From assembly GCA_034428955.1 (NCBI GenBank), contig DAOUGZ010000316.1, positions 285 to 64,284 on the forward strand: a DNA stretch of 64,000 nucleotides, given 5' to 3'. The notes beneath the pieces are model-generated. The model saw nothing but the letters and a program-made list of their open reading frames with translations. It did not search any database and was not told where the DNA came from. Shown one piece after another: positions 1-10,900 of the stretch; within the stretch, counting starts at the first letter, position 1; every line of letters begins with the position of its first letter. The DNA is from Anaerolineae bacterium. Its GTDB lineage: Bacteria > Chloroflexota > Anaerolineae > SpSt-313. The position numbers and the translations under genes were made by a program.

Positions 1-594
1 TGCGTCGCCATCCGGCGAACGAGCCCGGGGAGGCTAGAGATATCCACCCATCACAAGCGATGGAGCGTGGAAATCCGCATTCGGGCCGAGGGGCCGCAGG
101 CCCCTTCCACAGCGGAAGATGAAGCCAACCTGGCTGTAGTACGCCAAATAGCCGGCACCTCCAACGCCAGACTGGCGCTCCACGATGGCGCCGGCTTTTG
201 CGCGGTACTGACGCTGCCGGCCGCCGAGCAATTGCCGGTGCTCGCCATCGACGACAACCTGGATACCCTGTGCCTGATGCGGCGCTATGCCAACGGAACC
301 CGCTATCTCGTCATGGGCGCTCAGGACCCTGAGCAGGCTTTTGCGCTGGCCTGTCGGGACCGGCCGAGGGTTATCATCCTCGATGTGATGATGCCCGAGA
401 TCGATGGATGGGAGTTTTTAGGGCGTATCAAGCAACACCCCCTGACCAGCGATATCCCTGTGGTTGTCTGCACCATCCTGGCCCAGGAAGAACTGGCGCT
501 CTCCCTGGGTGCCACCGCCTTTCTCCGCAAGCCCATCAAGCGCCGTGATTTCGTAGCGCTTCTTGACCACCTCGCGCCTTTGGCGGCGTCGTAA
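1..594 (+). CDS. C-terminal fragment of a hybrid sensor histidine kinase (end of HATPase domain plus CheY-like receiver); the gene continues upstream of the window
   Basis: Frame is open from nt 1. GSGARLALHDGAGFCAVLTLP resembles the end of an HK ATPase domain. The receiver motif is VIILDVMMPEIDGWEF...LRKP. The tracked ORF begins at GTG 67, but the frame is open to the window edge. Confidence 0.6.
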   Translation, partial: CVAIRRTSPGRLEISTHHKRWSVEIRIRAEGPQAPSTAEDEANLAVVRQIAGTSNARLALHDGAGFCAVLTLPAAEQLPVLAIDDNLDTLCLMRRYANGTRYLVMGAQDPEQAFALACRDRPRVIILDVMMPEIDGWEFLGRIKQHPLTSDIPVVVCTILAQEELALSLGATAFLRKPIKRRDFVALLDHLAPLAAS

Positions 595-2764
595 CCTCGC
601 TCCACAGCCGAAGGCAAGCCAGTAGATCGTGGAAGCCAAGGCCGCCGCTCCGGCCCAACGTCAGCCCATTGCCGATGATCGAGTCGCGCGCCGGATCAAC
701 GGCAGAGATGCAAATCACAGGGATTGCCCGTATCTGCGGATCCAGGGCCTTCTGGCGGAGAACCTCGTACCCATCCATGCCCGGCATGACCAGGTCGAGC
801 AACATCACGTCCGGTTGGCGCTCGCGCAGCAGGGTCAGTGCGCGCTGGCCGTTGGGTGCGCGCAGCACGCGGTAGCGCCGGCTTGTCGAGTTTAGCATGC
901 GGCCGAACAGCTGCAGCACTTCAGGGTCATCGTCGACCAGCAAGATGGTCCTGACCGTCTCTCCCACTTTGGCGAGCGCGGTGTGTAGCGCCTCGCGAGT
1001 GACCGGCTTGAGCAAATAGCGCACGACACCGAGTTTGGCTGCAGCCTCGACCTCTCCCGGCACCCAGCAGGCCAATACCGGAGTACCAAAGGGTATGTTG
1101 GCCATCTTAGGCGCCAGGTTGTGACCCCCACTGACAAGAGAAGCGTCGTTGATGATGAACGCCTGAGCAGGGACTCGGTTCAGCTCCTCGATAGCCTGCT
1201 CCAGCGTCCTGACAGAGAGAATCTCGGCTCCCTCCAGATAGCGGTTCAGCAGGCGCTCCAGCACATTGGCCGGCTCGAGGATGACAAAGCGGGGCAGGGG
1301 CTCCGTTAGGGGGACCTTTGACGGCCTGATGCGCGGGTTCTCCTGATGGTAGGCTGAGAGCCAACGCACGGCACTGTCCGAAGGGCGCGCCAGGGGCTCC
1401 TGCACCGGCAGGCTAAAGTAAAAGACGCTGCCGACACCCACCTGGCTTTCGAGCCACATCTTGCCCCCATGCATCTCCACAAAGCGCTTGCTGATGCTCA
1501 GACCCAGGCCGGTACCCCCGTAGCGGCGCCGGCTGGAAGCATCGACCTGGTGAAAGGGCGAAAAGATATGTTCCTGGTGCTCCGGCGGGATTCCGGGGCC
1601 GGAGTCCGCTACGCCAATGATGACGCTGTCTCCTTCCCTCTTCACTCGCAGGTGCACCCCTCCCCGACTCGTGAATCGCGCGGCGTTGCTCAGCAGGTTG
1701 AGGATAACCTGCCGGATGCGAGTCCGGTCGCAGAAGAGAAGGGGAATCTCGCCGGGCAGATCCAGTTCCAGATCAAGACCCTTGGCTTCGAAAAGAGGGC
1801 GCACAGCCACCAGCGCCTCCTCCACGATCTCCGGCAGGGACATCCACTCCCTAGTCAGCGCCATCTGCCCCGCCTCCACCTGGGAGAGGTCGAGCACATC
1901 ATCGACCAGGCTAGCCAGATGCCTGGCGTTGCGCACGATAATCGAGACGTCGGCCAGGAGCGCCGCGGGAAGCTCTATCCCATAGGCGTCCACGGACTCG
2001 CTGATCATCTCGCTAAAGCCGCTGATCATATTCAGCGGGGTGCGCAACTCGTGGCTGACGTTGGCCACAAATTCCTCTTTGGCCCGCCGGGCGTCTTCCG
2101 CAACCTGATACATCAGCGAGAGACGCTCCGAGACGCGGGCCAACTCCGAGTTGGCATGGATCAGGTCCTCTTGCGTCTGCTTCAGATCCAGGCGCTGATC
2201 GCGCGCGGCATCGAGAAGTTGCTGCATCCTGACATAGCTGGTCCAGAGGGAATCGATGGAACGCGCGGCAGAGTGCGAGGCCAGGCATACCAGCAAAGCG
2301 CCCCCCCAGATGGCCACCAAGATGGGCATCAGGGATACACTCCCGTCGGAGGGAAGCCAGCTAATGGCCCTCGCCGCCAGCAGGCTTGATGCGGCGGCGA
2401 CACCCAGGCCGGCCCAGGTGCTCAACAGCAGGGAGGCAATCGCTACAGGCAGCACCAGCAGGCAGAGGGTGGCACCCGTCGGCAGCCAGAGAAGAGTCAG
2501 GCAGGCAACGGCCAGGCTGCCCAGAACCAGCACCCAGATGGCCAGGTAATAGGAGTAGCGGAGGAGAGACCAGACAAGCAGCGAAAGGAAAACGAGGATC
2601 AACGCCAGCACATGCGTGCGCCAAGGCCAACTAAGGGCTTCGGCCGCCACAGTCAGCAAGAGCCCCAGGCCGGCCATTCCCGGCCAGACCCAGACGGCTA
2701 GCTGCTGCTTGAGTTCCAGTTGCATCTCGCGTTGCGAAGAGGTCAGAGGCTTGGCTGCCGACAC
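536..2764 (-). CDS. Membrane-bound hybrid sensor histidine kinase with two C-terminal receiver-like domains
   Basis: Multiple N-terminal TM helices; HisKA H-box HELRTPLNMISGFSEM; HATPase G-boxes (GGTGLGLSISKRF, GVGSVFYFSLP); a degenerate REC followed by a canonical REC (LLVDDDPEVL...LLDLVMPGMDG). Its 3' end overlaps the convergent gene by about 59 nt. Confidence 0.85.
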   Translation of the reverse strand: MSAAKPLTSSQREMQLELKQQLAVWVWPGMAGLGLLLTVAAEALSWPWRTHVLALILVFLSLLVWSLLRYSYYLAIWVLVLGSLAVACLTLLWLPTGATLCLLVLPVAIASLLLSTWAGLGVAAASSLLAARAISWLPSDGSVSLMPILVAIWGGALLVCLASHSAARSIDSLWTSYVRMQQLLDAARDQRLDLKQTQEDLIHANSELARVSERLSLMYQVAEDARRAKEEFVANVSHELRTPLNMISGFSEMISESVDAYGIELPAALLADVSIIVRNARHLASLVDDVLDLSQVEAGQMALTREWMSLPEIVEEALVAVRPLFEAKGLDLELDLPGEIPLLFCDRTRIRQVILNLLSNAARFTSRGGVHLRVKREGDSVIIGVADSGPGIPPEHQEHIFSPFHQVDASSRRRYGGTGLGLSISKRFVEMHGGKMWLESQVGVGSVFYFSLPVQEPLARPSDSAVRWLSAYHQENPRIRPSKVPLTEPLPRFVILEPANVLERLLNRYLEGAEILSVRTLEQAIEELNRVPAQAFIINDASLVSGGHNLAPKMANIPFGTPVLACWVPGEVEAAAKLGVVRYLLKPVTREALHTALAKVGETVRTILLVDDDPEVLQLFGRMLNSTSRRYRVLRAPNGQRALTLLRERQPDVMLLDLVMPGMDGYEVLRQKALDPQIRAIPVICISAVDPARDSIIGNGLTLGRSGGLGFHDLLACLRLWSEVTTPPKARGGQEALRNHGA

Positions 2765-3272
2765 AACACCCCTCCTGTAGGCACATGAGCGAGTTCTTGT
2801 TCGTCAATGCCACCGGCCAGGGTGACACCGGGGGTAAGCAGCGCTGGATGTCGGGAGTAGTGAAAAGGCAAAGAAACACGGGGTGTGGGGAGGAGGAGCA
2901 CCGCAGCAACTGCCACTGGTTGTCAAACTGGCAAGTGGCGGCCGGGCCATTCTCGCCAAGGCTCGGCCGCACGGCAATCAACGGCAAGAGGCTGCTTGCA
3001 GCACCCCGTCGGGTCTCAGGCAGCAGTCTCTCCCGGATGCGGGGGCTTGCTCTTTCCTGTTGGAAACGGCGCCGCTTGCGCCTCACCCCTTGGCGAATGG
3101 GGCAAAATGTGGTATGCTCAGACCAGGTTCGCTGACGGCGCCGAGATCGCACCGCGACGCCGCTCAGCGCAAGCCTGGGCAGATGCGCGAATTGGGCGCG
3201 CTGCCGACAAGCGGATAATACCAGGCTAGCCGGGCGCGACGCTCCCGGCTTTTCGCTGCCGAGGTCAGGCCG

Positions 3273-3521
3273 CTAGAGGCCGAGCCAGAGAAGCGGCGGG
3301 ACGACTCCACCCGTCGGGGCGCCGGACTGACCGAGCATTGAGGGCAGCCCGCACATGTTCACCAGCATGAGCAAGATCGAGACGCCGATGATGATGTAGA
3401 GCCATTGCTGCGAGCTGAGTTGGCGCTTTTTCTTGACAACTGGCTTGGGGATGGGCTTGTCGCAGCGCCAGCAAACGGTACGTTCGTCGGGGTTATAGAC
3501 CCCACAGTTTGGGCAATCCAT
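3273..3521 (-). CDS. Small zinc-ribbon membrane protein (CPxCG...CWRC plus one TM helix)
   Basis: MDCPNCG...CWRCDK zinc ribbon followed by a hydrophobic helix; GGGAGGAA RBS 5 nt upstream of the ATG. Confidence 0.55.
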   Translation of the reverse strand: MDCPNCGVYNPDERTVCWRCDKPIPKPVVKKKRQLSSQQWLYIIIGVSILLMLVNMCGLPSMLGQSGAPTGGVVPPLLWLGL

Positions 3522-3608
3522 TCGAGTTCCTCCCGGCGAGCGACCGGCCGCACGGGCGCCGATGAAAGTCCCTGCCGGCCACTACGAGGAAAGCGGTTAT
3601 CCGCACGT

Positions 3609-3645
3609 ATTATAGCACAACCTCAAGGAGTCTGCTAAAAGCCCG
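3609..3645 (-). promoter_or_regulatory. Putative sigma70-type promoter for the zinc-ribbon gene (TATAAT -10 on minus strand with TTAGCA-like -35)
   Basis: Minus-strand TATAAT at 3614-3609, about 90 nt upstream of the ATG; weak -35. Confidence 0.35.
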
Positions 3646-3653
3646 GGGCAGAG

Positions 3654-3878
3654 GGGGTGCAGTTCAGTTTGGGGGCGAAAGGGGAGTCCTCCGCGAGCGC
3701 AGTCACAGCCAAGTCACGCTAGTCGAAGTGTCGAGCGAACTCGGGACGTGTTGCAGAAAACGCCAAGCTGCGCCGGTCCTCAGTTCGCTCAACAGGTCCG
3801 TCCGTGCAGTTTGGCCGCAACTGCGCTCGCGGAGGACTCCCCTCCACGCACGATCCGCCCCCAAAGTAAACTGCACCC
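3654..3878. repeat. Large imperfect palindromic element (about 55-nt arms around a roughly 110-nt core containing nested inverted repeats)
   Basis: Left arm 3654-3710 and right arm 3821-3878 are near-exact reverse complements (a 23-nt perfect core CTGCGCTCGCGGAGGACTCCCCT plus flanking matches). The core contains TCGAGCGAACTC / GAGTTCGCTC. Confidence 0.6.
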
Positions 3879-3894
3879 GGGGAGAGGGGGAGAG

Positions 3895-4377
3895 ATGGCC
3901 GGCGACGTCCCCAAGTCGAACGTGTTGCGCCTGCTGAGCGCGCGCCGGGTGCCCTACGAGGCACATACCTTTTCCAGCGAGATTCACTCCGCCGAGGGAG
4001 CGGCCGAGGCCATGGGCGTGCCGCCTTTGCAGGTGTACAAAACGCTGGTCGTTCTGCGCGAGCGTGGGCGGCCGCTACTGGTGCTGGCACCCGGCGGGCG
4101 GCAGGTGGACCTGCGCCGGCTGGCCAGGTCGGTGGGCGAGAAAAAGCTGCGCATGGCATCGCAGCGCGAGGCGGAATCGCTCACCGGGCTGCAAGTGGGC
4201 GGCATCTCGGCCCTGGCCCTGCTGAACAGGGGGTTCACCGTCTACATCGACACCTCGGCCCAGGGGTTGGACTGGTTCTACGTCAGTGCCGGGCAACGGG
4301 GCCTGAACGTGCGCTTGCCGGTGGCGGACTTGGTCCGCATCACCAACGCTCGCTTCGCCGAGGCAGTGGAGGTTTGA
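3895..4377 (+). CDS. ybaK: YbaK/ProX-family aminoacyl-tRNA deacylase (Cys-tRNA(Pro) deacylase-like)
   Basis: Full-length similarity to YbaK (MAGDVPKSNVLRLLSA...QVGGISALAL...). ATG 3895 is preceded by a G-rich RBS. The upstream 49 codons of the tracked ORF run through the palindromic element and are probably not coding. Confidence 0.75.
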   Translation: MAGDVPKSNVLRLLSARRVPYEAHTFSSEIHSAEGAAEAMGVPPLQVYKTLVVLRERGRPLLVLAPGGRQVDLRRLARSVGEKKLRMASQREAESLTGLQVGGISALALLNRGFTVYIDTSAQGLDWFYVSAGQRGLNVRLPVADLVRITNARFAEAVEV

Positions 4378-4450
4378 AGGTGAGCCGTCCGGGCGCTGGT
4401 AAAAGCCGGAGAATTGTGGTAGAATCGCCCTAGTCCATTGGGGAGCATGT

Positions 4451-6763
4451 ATGGACCCGCTGTTGGATATCCTAAACCCTGCCCAGCGGGAGGCTGTCCA
4501 GGCCAGCGAGGGACCGGTACTCGTCCTGGCAGGCCCCGGGTCAGGGAAAACTCGTGTATTGACTCATCGTGTCGCCTATCTGGTAGGCCGTCTTGGCGTC
4601 CCTCCCTACCGGATCATGGCCGTGACCTTCACCAACAAGGCCGCCCGCGAGATGAAGGACCGCCTTGGCAACCTGATCGGCATGGCCGACCTGGGCGACC
4701 TCACCATCGGCACTTTCCACGCTACCTGCGCGACCATCCTGCGCCGCGATGGCGCCGCCCTCGGCATCGACAGCCGTTTCCTGATCTACGACACCTCCGA
4801 CCAGGAAAGCCTGGTCAAACGCGCCCTGGCCGATCTGAATGTCGATGACAAGCAGTTCCGGCCGTCTTCGGTGCTCAACGCCATCTCTAGTGCCAAGAAC
4901 GAACTGCAAGAGCCGGCAGCAATGCGGGTGACCAACTACCGGCAAGAGGTTATCAGCCGTGCCTATGCCCGCTATCAGACGCTGCTGCACGAAAACAATG
5001 CCCTGGACTTTGACGATCTGCTCTTCGAAGTGGTGCGCCTCTTCCGGCAGCAGCCGGATGTGCTGGCCAAGTACCGCCGCCGCTACCTGAGCGTGCTCGT
5101 GGACGAGTTCCAGGATACAAACATGGCCCAATACGAGATCGTGCGCCTTCTTGCTCAGGAAGCGCGGCACGTCTTTGTCGTGGGCGATGAGGACCAGTCC
5201 ATCTATAGCTGGCGTGGCGCCGATTTCCGCAATGTGCGGCGCTTTCAGAAGGACTTTCCGGAGGCCAAGCTGGTGCTGCTGGAGCAGAACTATCGCTCTA
5301 CGCAGACGATCCTCAAGGCGGCGCAGGAGGTCATCAGCCGCAACCGCCAGCGTACCGACAAGCATCTGTGGACGGAGAACGGGCGAGGCTTGCCCCTCAC
5401 CCTCTTTGAGGCCTATGACGAGCGCGAAGAGGCGCAGTACGTCGTCGATGAGATCCAGCGCCTGGTGGCCCGTGGCGACTGTCGGGCGGCCGACTGTGCG
5501 GTCATGTATCGCACCAACGCCCAGTCGCGCGTGCTCGAAGACGAATTCGTGCGCCGCGGCGTGCCCTACCGCATCGTCGGCGCAACGCGCTTTTATGGCC
5601 GGCGCGAGATCAAAGACGTCTTGGCCTACCTGCGGCTCATCTACAGCCCCGAGGATTCGGCATCGCTCGGGCGCGTCGTGAACGTGCCCACGCGCGGCAT
5701 CGGCGGCAAGACCCTGGCTACGTTTGGAGCCTGGGCCGGCGAGCAAGGGCTCTCCTTCTACGGGGCGCTGCAGCGCCTAGCCGAGAATGACGGCGACTCG
5801 CCGGTCGACACGCGCAGCCGCCGGGCGCTTCTCGGGTTCTATACAATCATGGAGCAACTGCGCGAGCTGGCCCGCGAGGCGGACCTGCTCACCCTGTTCG
5901 ACGAGATGCTCGTGCGCACCGGCTATATGGATATGGTCCGCGACGGCAGCGAAGAGGGCATGGAGCGCTGGCAGAACATCCAGGAGCTACGCACGGTGGC
6001 CCGCGACTATGTGGGCATGGAGCCCGGCGAGGCTCTGGGCGCCTTTTTGACCAACGTTTCTTTGGTCAGCGATGTGGACACGCTGCGCGAAGAGACCGAC
6101 GCCACTACGCTGCTGACGCTGCACGCCGCCAAAGGGCTCGAGTTCAACGTCGTTTTCCTGACCGGCCTGGAGGAGGGCCTCTTCCCGCACAGCCGCTGCC
6201 TCGATGACCCAGACCAGATGGAGGAAGAGCGCCGCCTCTGCTATGTGGGGTTGACGCGCGCCCGCGAACGCCTGCACCTGACCTACACCTTCCGGCGCAC
6301 CATCTATGGGAACCAGGAACTGAGCGAACCGTCGCGCTTTCTGCACGATATCCCAGAGGAGGCCCTGCGCCGCCCGGGGGGCGACGAGCCGGTGCGCCCC
6401 GTTTCGCTGCGCGAGCGCCCGATAGCCCCTCGCCTCGCGGGCGGGGGCTGGCGGAGCGGGACCGGCGGGCGAGCATCTGGGGGGAGCCTGCGGCCCCGGC
6501 CTGCCGCGCGGCCCGCAAGGCCCGCGCCCGCACCCAAGAACCTGCCCAAGCCGCCGGATGAGGAGGATGGGCGCAGGCACCGGGCCGTGCCCGGCGAGCA
6601 GGTCTACCAGGCCGGCGACCGTGTGTCGCACCCCGCCTTTGGGCAGGGGGTTGTCGTCGCCAGCATCCTAAAGGGCGGCGACGAGGAGGTGACCGTCGCC
6701 TTTGAGGGACGAGGCATCAAGCGATTGCTGGCCAGTTTCGCCAAGATGGAAAAACTTGCCTAG
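4451..6763 (+). CDS. pcrA: ATP-dependent DNA helicase PcrA/UvrD family, with a Pro/Arg/Gly-rich linker and a C-terminal UvrD_C_2-like domain
   Basis: Walker A LAGPGSGKTRVLT and helicase motifs (TFHATCA, DEFQDTN, VVGDEDQSIYSWRGA, VGLTRARERLHLT); about 770 aa. Confidence 0.9.
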   Translation: MDPLLDILNPAQREAVQASEGPVLVLAGPGSGKTRVLTHRVAYLVGRLGVPPYRIMAVTFTNKAAREMKDRLGNLIGMADLGDLTIGTFHATCATILRRDGAALGIDSRFLIYDTSDQESLVKRALADLNVDDKQFRPSSVLNAISSAKNELQEPAAMRVTNYRQEVISRAYARYQTLLHENNALDFDDLLFEVVRLFRQQPDVLAKYRRRYLSVLVDEFQDTNMAQYEIVRLLAQEARHVFVVGDEDQSIYSWRGADFRNVRRFQKDFPEAKLVLLEQNYRSTQTILKAAQEVISRNRQRTDKHLWTENGRGLPLTLFEAYDEREEAQYVVDEIQRLVARGDCRAADCAVMYRTNAQSRVLEDEFVRRGVPYRIVGATRFYGRREIKDVLAYLRLIYSPEDSASLGRVVNVPTRGIGGKTLATFGAWAGEQGLSFYGALQRLAENDGDSPVDTRSRRALLGFYTIMEQLRELAREADLLTLFDEMLVRTGYMDMVRDGSEEGMERWQNIQELRTVARDYVGMEPGEALGAFLTNVSLVSDVDTLREETDATTLLTLHAAKGLEFNVVFLTGLEEGLFPHSRCLDDPDQMEEERRLCYVGLTRARERLHLTYTFRRTIYGNQELSEPSRFLHDIPEEALRRPGGDEPVRPVSLRERPIAPRLAGGGWRSGTGGRASGGSLRPRPAARPARPAPAPKNLPKPPDEEDGRRHRAVPGEQVYQAGDRVSHPAFGQGVVVASILKGGDEEVTVAFEGRGIKRLLASFAKMEKLA

Positions 6764-6923
6764 TGCGGCGCCAAGTTCTGACGAGTAACATGGCGCTGCA
6801 TGGGGCGAGTCGCACCCATCAGAATCTCTGCGGTGCACTACTAGCCTGCAGCAAGAGACGCTGTCATCGATGCGGAGGCCACGGGATGAACCCCATCCAG
6901 TGCCCTCCGTGTCTACGTTGTAA

Positions 6924-8756
<1,833 letters not shown>

Positions 8757-8826
8757 TCCCCCCGAGTACCCACATGGCCAACGTCGCCGGGGATAGGGAG
8801 CGAACGTTGATGGGGAGAATGTAGGC

Positions 8827-9027
8827 ATGGAGGTGGGAAAGACCCTGCTGGCTGTGGTGGTGATGAGCCTTGGTGTGCTGGGCGCGCTCTTCCCACATGT
8901 GCCGTGGCACCTGGCCGACGGATGGAGGGCGCGCGAACACGTGCCGAGCCACCTATCGCTGCTGTTCAACCGGGTCGGAGGAGCCATCGTGTTCCTGATC
9001 GGCCTGTGGGTCCTACTGTCAATATAG
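8827..9027 (+). CDS. Possible small membrane protein (66 aa, two hydrophobic segments)
   Basis: ORF with hydrophobic helices located between pyrG and a strong terminator. No homology is recognised. Confidence 0.3.
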   Translation: MEVGKTLLAVVVMSLGVLGALFPHVPWHLADGWRAREHVPSHLSLLFNRVGGAIVFLIGLWVLLSI

Positions 9028-9037
9028 GAAACCTGCG

Positions 9038-9075
9038 AAACCTGACGGGTCTCTTAGACCCGTCAGGTTTTTGTA
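9038..9075 (+). terminator. Rho-independent terminator (14-bp perfect stem, TCTTA loop, T-run)
   Basis: AAACCTGACGGGTC tctta GACCCGTCAGGTTTTTG directly after the pyrG/small-ORF unit. Confidence 0.8.
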
Positions 9076-9079
9076 ATGA

Positions 9080-9109
9080 TTGTTATCTATTGCTCTGGCA
9101 TGGTATAAT
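9080..9109 (+). promoter_or_regulatory. Putative sigma70 promoter (TTGTTA, 18-nt spacer, TATAAT) for the SPT-like gene
   Basis: TTGTTA at 9080-9085 and TATAAT at 9104-9109, followed by a roughly 115-nt leader. Confidence 0.45.
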
Positions 9110-9225
9110 CCCTGCGGGTGCGCTCCTCGCTGCGATAGCCAATCATTCATCCGCCATCGCATCGAAGCAGAGCAGCCCAGGTGAGGCACGGCTTATCATA
9201 CGTTCCTCCAGTGAAAGGAGTCATC

Positions 9226-10404
9226 ATGGATCTCTTTGAGAAGTGCAGGCAGTACACCCGGGCCCGCGAGGCGATGGAATCCGGCTATTATCCCTATTTC
9301 ATCCCTCTGGACCAGACAGAGGGCACAGAAGTCGTCATCAATGGCCAGCGCTTGATCATGATCGGCTCGAACAACTACCTGGGGCTGACCACCCACCCCA
9401 AGGTACGCCAGGCAGCCATCGATGCCATCAAGCAGTACGGCACGAGTTGCACCGGCTCTCGCTTTCTGAACGGCAACTTGATGCTGCACAAGGAACTGGA
9501 GGCGCAACTGGCCGATTACGTCGGCAAAGAGGCGGCGCTCGTCTTTAGCACCGGCTACCAGAGCAACCTGGGCGCCATCGCCGCTCTCATCGGCCGCGGC
9601 GACTATGTCGTCACCGACCGCGAGGACCACGCCAGCATCATCGACGGCTGCAAGCTCTCCTACGGCGAGATGAAACGCTTCCGCCACAACGACCTGGCCG
9701 ACCTGGAGCGCGTGTTGCAGGCTTGCGGCGATACGCCCAAGATGGTCGTCGTCGATGGGGTCTTTAGCATGGGCGGCGACATCGCCCCCCTGCCCCAGAT
9801 CGTGCCGCTGTGCAAAAAGTACGGCGCCCGGCTGATGGTCGATGATGCCCACTCCATCGGCGTGCTGGGTGGCGGCCGCGGCACCGGCATCCATTTGGGG
9901 GTCAACGACGACGTAGACCTCATCATGGGCACCTTTAGCAAGTCCTTCGCCTCCCTCGGCGGCTTTTTGGCCGGCAGCGAAGAGGTCATCCACTATATCC
10001 AGCACGCCGCCCGCTCGCTCATCTTTAGCGCCAGCATGCCCCCCTCCAACGTGGCTGCCGTCCTTGCCGCCCTCGAGGTCATGAAGAGCGAGCCGGAGCG
10101 CATCGAGAGGCTGTGGGCCATCACCAAAAAGATGCGTGAGGGCTTTCAGCAACTGGGCTTCAACACGGGCCAAAGCGAGACGCCGGTCATCCCCATCTAC
10201 ATCGGCGACGACATGAAGACCCTCTTTACCTGGAAGGCACTCTTCGATGCGGGAATCTATGTCAACCCCGTACTGCCGCCCGGCGTCTCCCCCGGCCAGT
10301 CGCTCTTGCGCACGAGCTATATGGCCACCCATACCGACGAGCAACTGGACCGGGTGCTGGGGACCTTTGAGCAGGTAGGGCGGCAATTGGAGCTGATCCG
10401 GTAG
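9226..10404 (+). CDS. PLP-dependent alpha-oxoamine synthase, serine palmitoyltransferase-like (KBL/AONS/SPT family)
   Basis: Class-II aminotransferase fold. The GTFSKSFASLGGF lysine motif and FSMGGDIAPLPQIV...MVDDAHSIGVLG match bacterial SPT better than Kbl (GTLGKALGG) or BioF. ATG 9226 is preceded by AAAGGAG. Confidence 0.85.
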   Translation: MDLFEKCRQYTRAREAMESGYYPYFIPLDQTEGTEVVINGQRLIMIGSNNYLGLTTHPKVRQAAIDAIKQYGTSCTGSRFLNGNLMLHKELEAQLADYVGKEAALVFSTGYQSNLGAIAALIGRGDYVVTDREDHASIIDGCKLSYGEMKRFRHNDLADLERVLQACGDTPKMVVVDGVFSMGGDIAPLPQIVPLCKKYGARLMVDDAHSIGVLGGGRGTGIHLGVNDDVDLIMGTFSKSFASLGGFLAGSEEVIHYIQHAARSLIFSASMPPSNVAAVLAALEVMKSEPERIERLWAITKKMREGFQQLGFNTGQSETPVIPIYIGDDMKTLFTWKALFDAGIYVNPVLPPGVSPGQSLLRTSYMATHTDEQLDRVLGTFEQVGRQLELIR

Positions 10405-10579
10405 TGCACCGAGATTCTGCTGGGTGCAACTCGCCCATGCAGCGCCATGTTGCTCATCACAACTTGTGCGGCGCAGCGCTAGCCCCAATACCTGCGTATC
10501 TCGGCTCGCTTTTTTGCCCATAGCACGCATCGAGGGTAGAATATAAGGTCCGACGGTCTAGCTGGGATGGAGAAGAACC

Positions 10580-10819
10580 ATGGATACGCTGACCATGATT
10601 CTAGCCATGGTGGCTGTGGCAGCTCTGCTGCTGGCCGGCGCCGTCATCGTGGACCGGTATCTGCAGCAGCGCCTTGAGCGGCGCCGGGCAGCCGAGCAAA
10701 ACCCCGAGCTGGCCGCAAAGAAGGCGGATGCAGCCGATGCATTCATCAGTATCCTCAATCGCTCGGGTGAGGCCGTCCGTCAGTCGATGAAGAGCGCCAA
10801 AGAGGAAGACAAAAAGTAG
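10580..10819 (+). CDS. Small membrane-anchored hypothetical protein (79 aa)
   Basis: N-terminal TM helix followed by a charged tail; GGAGAAG RBS; bidirectional terminator downstream. Confidence 0.4.
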   Translation: MDTLTMILAMVAVAALLLAGAVIVDRYLQQRLERRRAAEQNPELAAKKADAADAFISILNRSGEAVRQSMKSAKEEDKK

Positions 10820-10833
10820 CGCCACGCCACGCG

Positions 10834-10878
10834 GCAGGGGCGGGCCGTCTGCAGACGGCCCGCCCCTGCTGCTTTTTG
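10834..10878. terminator. Bidirectional intrinsic terminator (15-bp perfect GC-rich stem, then T5)
   Basis: GCAGGGGCGGGCCGTC tgca GACGGCCCGCCCCTGC TGCTTTTTG between convergent genes. Confidence 0.75.
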
Positions 10879-10900
10879 CGCTCCCGTATCAGAGGGCAAG

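Noticed and set aside
3522-3894. Considered an RNase P RNA or other housekeeping ncRNA in the 370-nt gap (GAAAGUCC-like string at about 3563)
   Set aside because: I could not find the P4 GGAAAGUCCGGGCUCC or ACAGAANCCGGCUUA conserved blocks on either strand. The region is better explained by a promoter plus the palindromic element.
3748-4377. 209-aa long form of ybaK
   Set aside because: The upstream 49 codons traverse the palindromic repeat and lack an RBS. ATG 3895 has a strong G-rich RBS and matches the YbaK N-terminus.
4541-5746. 401-aa ORF antisense to pcrA
   Set aside because: It lies entirely inside and opposite a high-confidence helicase gene. Its composition is low-complexity Ala/Arg/Gly-rich, typical of high-GC antisense frames.
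9196-10530. 444-aa ORF antisense to the SPT-like gene
   Set aside because: Antisense shadow ORF with a low-complexity translation.
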